64,000 bases of DNA, from assembly GCA_051362555.1 (NCBI GenBank), contig CM120645.1:23960934-24024933 (forward strand). The letters are read 5' to 3'. A model generated the notes under the pieces. It was not told where the DNA came from. It saw nothing but the letters and a program-made list of their open reading frames with translations, and did not search any database. Position numbers and translations under genes: made by a program. The stretch comes from Lingula anatina. Its lineage: Eukaryota; Animalia; Brachiopoda. Positions 51,801-64,000 of the stretch are shown here, piece after piece. How positions within the stretch are numbered: the stretch's first letter is position 1; each line of letters starts with the position of its first letter.

Positions 51801-54800
51801 ACATACCACCAGCTGACTGACCAAAGGCCCAACACTGACCACAGCTGTCTATGAGGTATTTTTGAAAGAAAAAAAAAACTGCAGCGGAGTTATTCAGAAG
51901 AAACACATCAAGTGGGTCAAAAAAGACAGATGTGACCAGGTTCTCCTATTTATCTCCCTCACCTTGCGCCTTCACTGTCTTCTGGCAGCCATGATGGACA
52001 ACAGAGCTGCTGCAATAACTCCTGGCCTAACAGAAAAATTCTGTTTTTTAATCACATTTTAGAAATACAATTGAACTTTTCTTGTGTATCAAGGGGACAT
52101 TTTTTCAGGATATCTAGTTTCTGGGAATTTTCAGATATTTTCTGCCTATTTTGTTATAAAGAAAATTGTATCACAGATCTCAAAATACTAAAATTCCAAC
52201 GCTGGATTCTTCATTCCATCTATGTTTTTTCACCCGTGTCAGGAACATCATCATGGTCACAGGATTTTTCTGATAGTTTTTTTTCCTCTCATTTTCCAAA
52301 TATCTTCCAACAACCTGGCTTGTAAACATCTTGTCCTTTGTGATAGGTAATCAGAGGGCCAAAATAACTATTAAAACATACACTAAAACCCACCCCTTAA
52401 TCTCAGGGTACAAACCACTCCATATCAGCACTTTACTATTACCCTGTAAGTTGAGCTACAGAAGACTATCAAAAGGGACTATGATCTACTACTAGTAACT
52501 ATAAGGCATAGAAAACAAACCCCAGTCTCCCAGGGTGCTCTCCATCCACTGTGTATCCCCCAGTGTCTCCAGCCACAAGATCTTCACTGTTTAACTTCAG
52601 TTTAAACTCAGGTTTGACTACAGAATACCATCCACATACAAAGCTGTGTTATCTCAGTGTTCAGTGAACAGGGCTGATACCATCAACCTGAATATATTAT
52701 ATCTCTGTGTGTGTGTGTGTGTCTCTGACACTGTCTACACTGGTCAAGATGTGACGTGACATGAGATGGACACTGGTCAGTTCTCTGGACATGTCATACT
52801 GATAATGTTTTCATTATATCATTAATAATAATAATAATATAATCCAAAGGGCACCTGTTCACTTAGTTTGGGGATCCACTCCATATACTACATGTAGAGA
52901 ATTAGACTGGTATTAAAAGTCAGCTCTTCCATCAAATTCCATCAAACTGCATCAAGTCCTAACTTTAATTTCCCACCATAGAAAAAGCACATCATACAAC
53001 TGACTTGCCGTCAACCTCCAGTGAATAAGACCTGACAAAGGCATATCCTTGCTACTGCTACATGAGTACATACATATAACTGTGCCCACATCAAATCTGC
53101 CATCAATATGTATACCATTTACTAAATTAAACCCAGTGTCACACGAAATGGAGTCCGTCATCATCTGTACCACAACCCAGCAGCAAATATCAGCGTACTT
53201 GATGGGATTACGTCCGGTTGTAGTAAGATGATTTAATAAGTCAAAGAAACCCTGGGTAGTTTGGTAATTGAAGCAAATCATTAACTGCAGTGCAGATCAA
53301 TATCTGCAGCATTTTCACTAATGATTTCATGGGCTCTTAGTACTGCCTTGCATGTGCCCTAATTAATTTGAGGAAATTTAATTCCAATATGAATAATTAA
53401 GCGTAATTGTAATCTATATTTTGTGAATTGTTTTTCCCATTGCTTCAAATGGAAATCACCTCTGGTAATGAAGACGGTGCTCATTAAAAGCTCAGTCTCA
53501 AACCTGGAGTCGATCTAATATACATTTAAGGGGCGGGGGGGGGGGGGGGGGGGGGGGAGGTTTGAGGAAAAAAAAACTTTGCAGTTTCAGAAGTAGGCCA
53601 TCCGTAACATTAATAATCAAAGATAATACACAAATCACCAAAAATCTTTGATATAACCCTGTCAGTTCAAATGCTGATAATTTATAGTGATGTATCTCAA
53701 TTTGTCAGGGCACCAAGGCTTCAAGAATAACAGGATTTTTTTATTGTGAATGCCCAAAATACTTACAATAATGATCAGTCATTTGTCTCCATTTTTGTCT
53801 CCTGACAGAAGAAGGGGCTCTACAATTGTGTATTATTTGGGCTGCAAAGTAGGGTTGGTATTATGATAAAACATGGCCCAAATTACTAAAAGCTTAAAAC
53901 TCTGATGCAAAAAAAGAATTGGTCACTTCTTGGTCTGAAAATCCTGCCACCGTCCCATCTTTCCACGTTTTGAAAAGAAGTAAAGATCCTGATCACAACA
54001 TTACCACCTATCACAGCTGATCTCTATAACAGTTCCTGACATCCTATCTGTTGGAATGTCCTTCATGGCTAAATCTTCCATTGTGATACCTGGATAACCA
54101 GCTCTAAGTACAGTCTCATCTTCCAGATCACCTCCTCTCTATTGTGATACGGACAGTCAATTCCCTATTTTGAATATGAACTGTCCATGGACAATGTACA
54201 GAGCCTCTTGACACATCCATTACCTGGCCACTCATACCTGGTGTGGCTTTGTCCATTATTTTACCTTGACCACAGCATAGCATTGTCAAGCCTGTAGCCA
54301 GTCATTTTAAAGGGGGGTTGGGGCCTTTTTAACTAAAAAATTGGACCTTTTACCAGGAAAACTTCCTAATCATATTTTACCCAGAGCAGACCTTATCCTA
54401 GCTAAGAGGGGCAACTCATTTGCACCCCCAAACCCCCTACAGCTATGTGCAACCTGATTGTTTTGAATATAACAAGAAAAAAAAAAAAAAACTAGGCACT
54501 GTACAGTACACTGCTCCAAATGCTACCACCGGACTACTCATAACTGGCCTAGTTATCTCTCATATTCATTCTTATTCTTCGACCTGTGGCTTTGACCAAA
54601 ATGACCACCGGTCACCTATATCATCTAAACACTGGACAGCATCAGTAACAAAGAGATGGACTGTTCTATGTGTTAGGTACACAAACATCACTGCCTCACC
54701 TGTGATTTACAAGACCACTGTGCTGATAATCAATACAGTTTTTGTATTGTTCACAACCTTTATGACACATATTATAAACAGATCAGTTCATTACCCAGAC

Positions 54801-56318
54801 TTAAAACAACAATATCACAACTCAATATCACAGGTGAGACTGTAATTATTAAACAAGGGGCACCTGCCAATCAAACAGCTGTCATTACTAACTTCCTGCT
54901 CTGTGTGTTAAATGGAATCTACGCATTAAATCAATTATCAAAGAGGATTCACAAAGCACCTTAACTGCTTTTAACTCCAACAGTTTTGAGACTGACTCCA
55001 ACCTGCTCATTAATGGGAATCTATGCCTACCTGTAACTTTCCACCTGTCCTACCTGAGACTATATACCTTGTATGTTAACACTATTACTCAGAACTATGA
55101 CTAAACATGGAACACACGGTTTTTACCTGTAATTTCTCACCTATGTTACTTGTTCCACTCTGGACATACCTGACACCAATCCTTGTATGTAACCACAGTA
55201 ACACAGACTAAAAACCAAACATGGACACTTTCCGCCATAAATGTTGCTGCTGACAGTTCTCTGAAAACAATCCAGCTTGTTCCTACCATATCAAAACTTA
55301 ATCAGTCTCCACCACTCTGTCTATTACAAGTACTTGTTGTTCCAAGTTCAGTGTAAACTTTCCAGCGTGTATCTGCCCAATTCAATCCTGCTCTCATCAG
55401 TATATCTCTTCAGCTAACTCTCCTCGTCTGCTACTCCAAGGATCCTCTTCCTCTTTGTCCCTGACACTGTAAATATCCTGCGTGTAGTTTAACAACCTTA
55501 ACCTCCACAATGTGACTGACTCTACATCTCTACATCCAGGTACCTGACGGCAGACATAATCAATACCATGCCTTGTTTTTCCCTGTGTTTTCTAAAGGTC
55601 CACACGGTAAATGAATCTCTTGGGACACCAGACGGAGATAACAACGGTGCCGAGGATGAGAGCTGCTAGGCCTCCCATTGGTTGATCTTGCTATAACTAT
55701 TGTTGTGAAGATATAAAAGTGAACTTTTACTCCACAGGAGACACGCACACACAGACAAAAACACAGCCATTGTTATTCTGAACTTCTGCTACCTGTGCAT
55801 ATAAAAACTTTACTGCTGATTTCTTTGTTGAAGTAACTTCTGCTCGCTACTGGCTTACTGCATAAACTTTTTTTTCTTTTTTCAAAAGTCCTTTGTCAGT
55901 TTAGCTCCTGCTACTTTTTCAGAATGTATGATCTCCTCAGCAGGGATTACTTTGTCTCCTGAACTCCTCTTACCTGTCTGTAGAAACACTTTTTGAAGGG
56001 ATTTCATTGTCACCTACAATCCTGCTATTCACTTAGCTTGCATCAACTTTTTGTGAGGCTTCAAGTTAAAAAAAAAATTCACAATAGCCTCTCTTTGACG
56101 GGAATTGATCAATGGGCCAGCAAGACATTTCTGAAAGTTGTCACCCTTTTAAATATGTTGTAAAAAGATCTAAGTACACATCTTAAAACTCCAAACTTAA
56201 CAACCAAATCTTTAGTACTGTTCATGCACATACTAACATTAAGTCAAATGTTTTCAAGTTTATGATGAGTTATAAAAATATATCTCAGAGGAGGAGTCAC
56301 TAGCAAATTCTCTCTCAC

Positions 56319-56379
56319 CTAGCTGTGAGAGGATGTTCAAATCTTCCACAGTCGCAAGTCTTCTCAGAACGTCGTGCAT
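56319..56379 (-). CDS. MAGI: Candidate alternative first coding exon of MAGI (MHDVLRRLATVEDLNILSQL)
   Basis: gaaATG with in-frame TAG upstream, TAG|gtgaga donor, phase 1 in frame with the WW2 exon. Confidence 0.5.
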
Positions 56380-59300
56380 TTCGTGGCCAGTCTACCAACA
56401 CCTGCTACTACCCCTAACAACAATATCAATACTAAACAACAACTGGGCCACAATGTCCCTCTGTCTACAACTAGTGGTTGAAGTCTTTATCTGGGAAAAA
56501 ATCAGTGATGGCCTTGTCTCTGACAGCCCACAGATAGTGCTTGGCTCTGTTTCTATTAAGTCATTATCTCTTTAAATAACTCTTGTCCAGAAAAGGGATA
56601 GCTTTAACTTTCTAGAATAAGCTCTATCTAGATAAATGGTCCTGGCTAAAATTGATGAACGCCATCACCCCCTAAATCTTACAGAGTTTAATATGACAAC
56701 AACTTCATCCCCCCCCCCCCCCCCCCCCATACATACATAAGGCCAACCAGGTCTTACAATGATAACACAGGTACCTTAATCTCTTCTTAATACCAGCTAT
56801 TGCAGAGAGACAGGACTTAATACCTGGGTTCTAATACCCCCTAATAATGGCTATTAAACTGTACAAGTAGCCAGTGGTCACACCCCTGTACCATAGAGCT
56901 CCGGTCACCACTGGTCACTCATGGTCATCATCGGATCATGTCTGGATGGCAACCACGCAGATTAAAGTTTGTATAATGACAGGAATATGTGTATCACATA
57001 AGTATCTGGAGAATTACACCCACATCAAAGTTAATTTAATTTAATATGCCAATTTAGACATTAGTACAGTATACAGATGTATGTAAAGTAATTCAATTAT
57101 CTTGTAAGTAACTGACTTAACATATTTCATTTTCTCTTAGCCCCTTCAGGTAAGTCTTACACAAGATATATCCATGTCAATTTAAATTGGTTGTCAACTA
57201 AATTCCTTATAAACTCCAGATTTTTTTTTCTGCAATTAAGAATTTTACTGCCATTCTTTGAATGATTTCCCATAAAACCACTGCTTACTGAATTTTTACA
57301 TGCATTCTAACTCTTGTCCAAAGTTAACATATCAATCTCTTTAATTGTAGCAAATTGCATTGATGTCAATTGCATTAAGAAAAATTTGACAACCTATTGG
57401 ATCACTTACAATAACTACATTCTTCTGACAGCTATACAAAAACTTATATTATACACAGTCACTTTGATAAACTACATCTATCAACCCGATACAAATACAA
57501 CACATCATCATCTAAAAGTGTGTTGAACTTGTCATCTGACACGCTCCGTATTGGCTGCTTAGTTGCACCTGCTGTCGCCCCCTTCAAACGCTAAGCTCAC
57601 CCCCCAAGTTTCACCTGTCTTTGTCCAATATTAAAAGACGTCTGCCATTTCTCCATGCATTGTCACATATGTGACATATGTCAGTGTCAAGCTGTTTTAT
57701 TCTCTTTTTTTTTTTTCGACTGTCAAAATGGTGTCAAATGTCACATCAACCCGATGATGAACCATACTAAAGAAATAATGCATCTCTTTCTTGTCCTTAT
57801 GGACATATTCCAGTTACAAGACTAGAAGATCTATTATGATAAAACAGAGCTTGCTTTGTATATTCCTCTACCCCCCAAAACAATATGCCTAATATTCAAA
57901 TAAACTTATAAGCAAGTGAGGAGTCCAGAAAATGTTTATTTTATTTTAAAAAAAAAACACAGATTATGAAGAATTGTTTGAAACAAGCTTCTGCAGCTAT
58001 CCTGAGCTATCTTAACTTCACTGATGCTTTTAAATGTTTTAATTACTATTAAAAAACCAATAAAAAAACAATACTTTCTTCTACATACTACAGTGCCACC
58101 TTGCTCCAATGAGCTGAATCCGGTTGATTCTTAATTTCCAGGGAATAATTCTATAATCATCATTTCCCTTTCTAGCAATTCAAATATCTATCTCTAAGAG
58201 AATTAAACAACTGAAGTGTCAACCTAATCTCATGCTCTCCATCCTCCCCAGCATTTATCTCCTCAAATATCCCTTTATATCATCTAAATTTAGAACTATT
58301 TTGAAGATTGCTCAATTTATTCATGAGTTCTTTACTTAAACTGCCAGACACAATTTCAATGAGGGAGTAAAACTGCCTCCCACTTCTCCTGTAAAGCAAT
58401 TACTCTGTTGCTCAATATTGTTAGTAAATTTTCTGGCTTTTAACTGAAAATTATCCAGTCCTCCCTCTCAAACAGCTATTTAAAGAAGTATAATTCCCTG
58501 AAGTCTTCTTGGTAATGAGATAATAAAGCCTGGTATTACATTAACTTCAGCTACCATTACTGCTGTTTGTTCCACTGGTATCACTACTGGTCTCCTAAGT
58601 AATGTTCATAGACACTATTATCTGCTTACTGTCTGAGATCTAAATGATCATCTATTTTAACAAATTGAATATCTAGTGTTCCAGCAAATTTCATACCAGC
58701 TAGTTCCATTAGTATCAACTTAAGTGGCTTGAATTTCCTGAGGGTATTATAATCTATATTTATATCCCATGATATTTATTATAATCTCTATGCTTATGCT
58801 CTACCCTTAGATACAATACATTAACTATTTGGACTGAACTGTCACATTCTGCCAATTTTTTCACTTGTTATTGCATCAATATTTGATAATTTGGATAAGT
58901 GTTTCCATGCAGTAACCATTATCAGTTAATACAACATGACATATCAACATCAATTTGGATCACCCTTTTCTACTTCATTCAATTCAGTTGGTCTTCAGTT
59001 CACATCAAAAACAGTACATTCACATACTAGTAGACTGAAACTGTCAGCAACTGTTATCATATGAGTTTCACCAATATTTCAATCCTCTGTAAAGAGGTTT
59101 TTAATGCCTTTTGCTTTGCACTTTCACCTGTGTAAAACCTGATAATGAGCAACATGTAATATTTCCTACCGAAAATTAAATATTTATATCAGTTTAAAAA
59201 ATACACATGCAGCTACACACTGCACACTTCCCACATACACAGCTAATGTGATTTTAGAGTTTGCTGTGTCATTTGCCAATTGGGATGATCTAGACCATAA

Positions 59301-59529
59301 ACTTTTCCAGGAAGAAGTTTTCCAGATAAACCTCTCATCCTGGAGGCAGAACAAAGCCACTTCTTGTTATTTGTTAACTGTTTATTAGACACAAAGATTA
59401 CCTGTTCATGTTCCATTAAGCATGAACATTTCATCTGTCCCTGAGCAATTGAGACAAGGTCACTGAACTGCCAGGATACAGAACTGGAAAAAATTGTCAG
59501 TTGTAGGAAAAAAATCACATGCCCCTAGT

Positions 59530-59685
59530 CAGTGTTTGCCTCTTAGGAAAATTAGTTGCTGGACTGAAAGTCCAGCCATCTTGAAAAGTAGCTGGACTGA
59601 ATGTCTGCTGGGTGGGAAAACTTCTCAGCCCAGTCTGAAAGTTGTCAGCCCCGGGTAGACGGTCCAGCCTTAATTTCTAACACTG
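59530..59685. mobile_element. hAT-type non-autonomous element
   Basis: Termini CAGTGTT...AACACTG with perfect 8-bp target duplication CCCCTAGT (59522-59529, 59686-59693). Confidence 0.85.
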
Positions 59686-60887
59686 CCCCTAGTGAATAGT
59701 GTAAGGAATAGAATACACTGCAGTTTGCTGAAGTGGCTGAATTCTTTCAGTACTTCGTGCCAAATGTGTCATTTCAAAGGTTAAACATGTGTCATTTCAA
59801 TAACAAATGGAATTTTTATTATGACATTTAAGGAGAACAAAGAAAAGCTATGAAATATAATAATTCTGGAAATAAGAAAAAATACAGCTGCATGAATGTC
59901 CAATTCAAAGTTTACACATTGACTGAAAAAGATGCATATTTTCTTCTATCATAAAACAAATAAAATTCAAGACAATTATAAATGCACACATAACACTAGG
60001 CATACAACAAAAGACAATATTCATTATTTATCATAAATATGAAAGTGACTGCGAACACACGTGCGTGCCCTCACATATTCATTATTCACCAACAGTGTAA
60101 ACACCTCAATGAAGCAAGCCAGGTATTTCCTCTTAGCATACCTCCCATACTTCCCAGCACCACAACTAGCACCTGAGCACCCGAGATTGACTTCCCAGGG
60201 ATAACATATCACATTCCCGGAAATCCCAGATTCCTGGAAATCCAGGTGCATAAACACAGCTGTCAGAAACGAAAACACAGAGACCTGATTAAACCTCTGG
60301 GATGTGGTCTTTATTATTACAGTATCACTGTGGATGCTGAACATGCCCAGCTGTGTGATCTGTTCTGATTATCATTGCGCTGGTTGAGACCAGTTCTCAT
60401 CTAACGCAATCAAAGACTCAAGGCCTGTTCAGTGAATTTTCCTCTTTACAACATCTTTTTTCCAAAATATTTTTCTTGAACTCTTTGTAGTTTTTTATAA
60501 ACAAAACCAATTTTTTTTTTTTACGTGAGCATCTTGATCTAAATCAGAAGGGTTTCAACAGGCAAAAAGATTCTGAGAAGAAAACTGGACATTGGCCTGA
60601 TTTTAAACAGATGACACGGTGCAAGTTGAGATGAAATTATAATAACAGCAATTTCATGAAGTCAGTGAATTAAATGATCTTATGAAAAAATGAGTGAAAT
60701 GAGGTGAAATCAAAACCAATCAAGGTGATACTATTGGCTGCAGAAACTGCTGCAATGTGAAACAAAGTAGCTGAGGCAATGATTGCGCTAGCTGTGACGT
60801 AATCTCACCTACTGCAATCTATTTGTAGTGAGGCACATGGTTTGAATGGGAAATGCAACATAAATACAAGAATGTAGGGTAACATAC

Positions 60888-60950
60888 CTGGCATTGTGGG
60901 TTTTAAGGGTTGCTGATCTTTTTCGACTTTTTCAACTTTATTTCTTCGAT
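60888..60950 (-). CDS. MAGI: Candidate MAGI 63-nt cassette exon in the WW1-WW2 linker (DRRNKVEKVEKDQQPLKPTMP)
   Basis: ctttcctgcttacag acceptor, CAG|gtatgt donor, phase 1 to 1, open frame. Confidence 0.65.
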
Positions 60951-62654
60951 CTGTAAGCAGGAAAGATCAGCAAATATTTTTGAAGAATTTTGATGTTCAT
61001 GTGACATGGATAAGACAAAATGACAGCCAAATAACAACAGATTTCAAAGTTTGATAAACAATTTACATGCAAAAGTCAATGCCTAAGTTGCTGAAGAAAA
61101 AAAAATACAACAAATAGAGGTACAAATAGCTGCACAACATGCTTACCTACTAAAGCTAAGAATTTTGCCAAATATCACTAAATATAACTAACACAATACC
61201 AGGTACGCAGGATTAAGATAAGAAATGAAAAATGCAATGAAAAAATGAAGAGCTCCACCAGTTTCAATATCCAAACCTGCTTTTAAGACATGCAGTGAAA
61301 GAAAAAGGGTGCGAGTGACAAGAATGAACAAAAAGGTGCTTTAAAAAGTGTCCAATGATGAGATGATATCTACTTTCTTAATATCTATTATGAATAACAC
61401 TATATTAATGTTAAAGAAAAATTCCTGTTGACAAATTCACATGTATAAAATTTAAAAAAATAAATTTTTGGTATGAATATCAAAATGATTTTGTGATTGA
61501 TAAACATATATAAATAATTAGAAATAACAGGTGTGAAAAAAATAAAATGCAAAATTGTTTCCCAATGACCTTTCAATAAAGAGACAGTAATAATATTAAA
61601 AAGCTATTTGGATACAGTAACTATATTACATATAAAACTGGGCCTTAAGGGGAAAACAATGACAAGTATAAGATGATTAGAATCTGTTTCATGGTGTGTC
61701 TGATCAGCAGATCAACCCCCAGCGCTCTTGAAGATAAATAACATCATGCAAGCCACAGTACAACCAAGACAACAAACCCACATCCACATGCACAGAGAAG
61801 ATCCAGAATTCACAGTCACTAATACAATGGCAAAAATACAATAATGTCCATAACAGAAATGCCATAAACAATGCACGTTATTTCACATTTAAATTGTCAT
61901 AAGTATTAGTACACAACATATGCCTCAAAGCATTGTGCACAATTCAGAATTTCTCTATATAGATGGGCAATACGAAAGTGAGAATTTTCTCATCAAACCC
62001 AATAACTCATTTACTAATAGCAATCACAATGCAATATTTAAAAGAGGAAATCATATAACATTTTCATACATTTCACTCATGTGTTCTGAAAACAGGGGAA
62101 AACAAAATCAAGCATCACAAATCAGTACCTTCAATACTGCTACAAACATGAATGCCATCGTCACAACAGAAGACGAACACATAGTTCACTGTCCAAAGGA
62201 TCTTCACTATCAGTACAGACAGTTTTTTTTTGTCTGTTGTTTTCACAGAAATCAGTTCCAGGAGTTCATATAATATTTAACATACACTAATATGATGAGT
62301 GTTTTCAGGCTCATACTGGCTGGTCTAAATGCTAGCCAAAAATGTAATTCATTTTAATTTTCAATTTTGCCAAAAATGTAATTCATTTTAATTTTCAATT
62401 TTAATCCCATATTCTATCCAAATAAAAAACAAAGCAACAGTATGAAAACAAAATTGTTTCTTGAGATAAAAATATTTAGCTTAGTATTTCTATGTTCAAA
62501 AGAATTTATGAATTTATTTGGCTAAGAAGAACCTGCTTCCCCCCCCCCCCCCCTCAAGGTTCTCAAACCTCAACCATCCACCTGGTCTCACAGACCCAGT
62601 TCATACCAGTATGAGCCCAGAACACCTGTGACAAAGATAGCATAAACAACTCAC

Positions 62655-62737
62655 CATCTTCATCACACTCTAATGGAGACTGTTTCTTCTTCTCTGATAA
62701 CCTTGGGTCTAGCCAGTGTGTTGTCTCAGTGTTGTGG
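62655..62737 (-). CDS. MAGI: MAGI exon, WW1 second half (most 5' core exon in the window)
   Basis: HNTETTHWLDPRLSEKKKQSPLECDED matches the MAGI WW1 end and linker; ttttcctccag acceptor, G|gtgagt donor; joins the 39482 exon in phase 1. Confidence 0.93.
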
Positions 62738-62974
62738 CTGGAGGAAAAGTGATACCAAATTATTATTTTACTTTTTGCTATATGCTGTAACATCTATATT
62801 ACTATCTGTGTTCTTTTGGTATAATGAGAACAGAGTTAATGACTGAGAAATTATAAAAAAGAAATATAATGTACTTTCTATAATCAAAATTTGAATGTTA
62901 TCAAATTGCCAATTAAAACATAGGATTTCATATCATGCTATAACCTTAGCTACATCATTCTGTAACCAAGGATT

Positions 62975-63232
62975 TCATACTATGCCATGCCGTATACCAT
63001 ATCATAACAAACCATAACTTGTTTCATGATTCTAAAACCTAAGAACTTGTACCACACTGTACCATACCATACCACTTCAGGCCATACCACATCATACCAT
63101 ACCATATCATACCATACCATATCATACCATACCATATCACACTGTACCATACCATACCACTTCAGGCCATACCATATCACATCATACCCTGTACCATGGT
63201 ACCACAATTCTAAAACCTAAGAACTCATACCA
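62975..63232. repeat. Degenerate (CCATA)n pentamer repeat
   Basis: ataccataccat / atcataccat runs. Confidence 0.85.
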
Positions 63233-63904
63233 CACATTGTGACTTCACAATCCCCACTTCACACCAAGTAATCTCACCACATATCCCATGATTTTAACAG
63301 CACTTTATAACAAAAGACCTCATACCACAACATTCACATGCTCAAAACTTAGACCTGCACCTTTAAAATAAGGCATCAAGGTGGTCATATCTTGGCAGAA
63401 TGAAGTTCCAGTGTATAAAAATAATAATTATTTTCTGTCTCATCAGAGTATGTATCTTATAACTGGATAATCTACCTGTCAAAGTCTATCACATGTCTGA
63501 AGCAATCATGGCTCTATGATTTCAATGGCCACTATATATATATAGTAATACAATTGCCTACAGGAGTCCAGTATTCTGATCAATCTATGATACATTTGGT
63601 CATAGGTTTATCATACCATTAAAAAAAAAAAAAACATACCAATCTCTCCTACAGCTGAAAAATTCAAACATATTTAATATAAATTCAATCTTACAGGACA
63701 TACATGATTACCCTACAGGGCCCAAGACCTGTCAAACCATACCATACCTGTCAAAATCAATCTCGTATCCTGAAAATTCCGAGGTATTAGATCGAAACGA
63801 CCAGAGCCTGTTATAGTAGCGCCTGCAGGCAGACTGGTGCTCTAGTCTATTCTGGTCCTGAATCCCTGTGATATACATTAGGACCATCGCCGTGGAGACG
63901 TCAC

Positions 63905-63988
63905 AGATATCACCATGGTCACCAGACACTAGAATATCACCATGGACACCAGACACTAGGAAATCACCATGGTAACCATACACTAGGA
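63905..63988. repeat. 27-bp tandem repeat (3 copies)
   Basis: atatcaccatgg(t/a)caccagacactag units. Confidence 0.8.
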
Positions 63989-64000
63989 TAGCCTATAATG

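Noticed and set aside
57661-57676. 16-bp perfect palindrome tgtcacatatgtgaca
   Set aside because: Too short for a miRNA hairpin and no other support
62980-63220. WYDMV / YHTIS repeat ORFs
   Set aside because: Translations of a (CCATA)n simple repeat
63732-63983. 83-aa minus-strand ORF
   Set aside because: Starts in a 27-bp tandem repeat and does not resemble the expected first half of WW1

Overview
Eukaryotic (animal, AT-rich, probably invertebrate; species not determinable from sequence alone) genomic DNA with three spliced genes. (1) The 5' half of TAF3 on the minus strand (four coding exons at 2215-2380, 1385-1627, 1016-1169 and 847 running off the left edge). (2) ARL6/BBS3 on the plus strand (3634-4197, intronless CDS), head-to-head with TAF3 across a very compact shared promoter. 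(3) The 3' ~55 kb of a MAGI-family scaffold gene on the minus strand, from the end of WW1 through WW2 and PDZ1-PDZ5 to the stop at 8256; its 5' exons lie beyond the right edge. I reconstructed the exons by hand from GT/AG sites and phase continuity. The MAGI introns contain many candidate alternative modules: ATG-started phase-1 first exons (two Cys-bearing) and frame-preserving cassette exons or microexons, one inside PDZ4. They also hold a candidate AG|GT recursive site, three MITE families and several tandem repeats. A TAF3 intron carries a copy of the exon end that differs only at synonymous sites. No prokaryotic features, CRISPR arrays or confident RNA genes were seen. Alternative-exon calls are sequence-based predictions and need RNA data.
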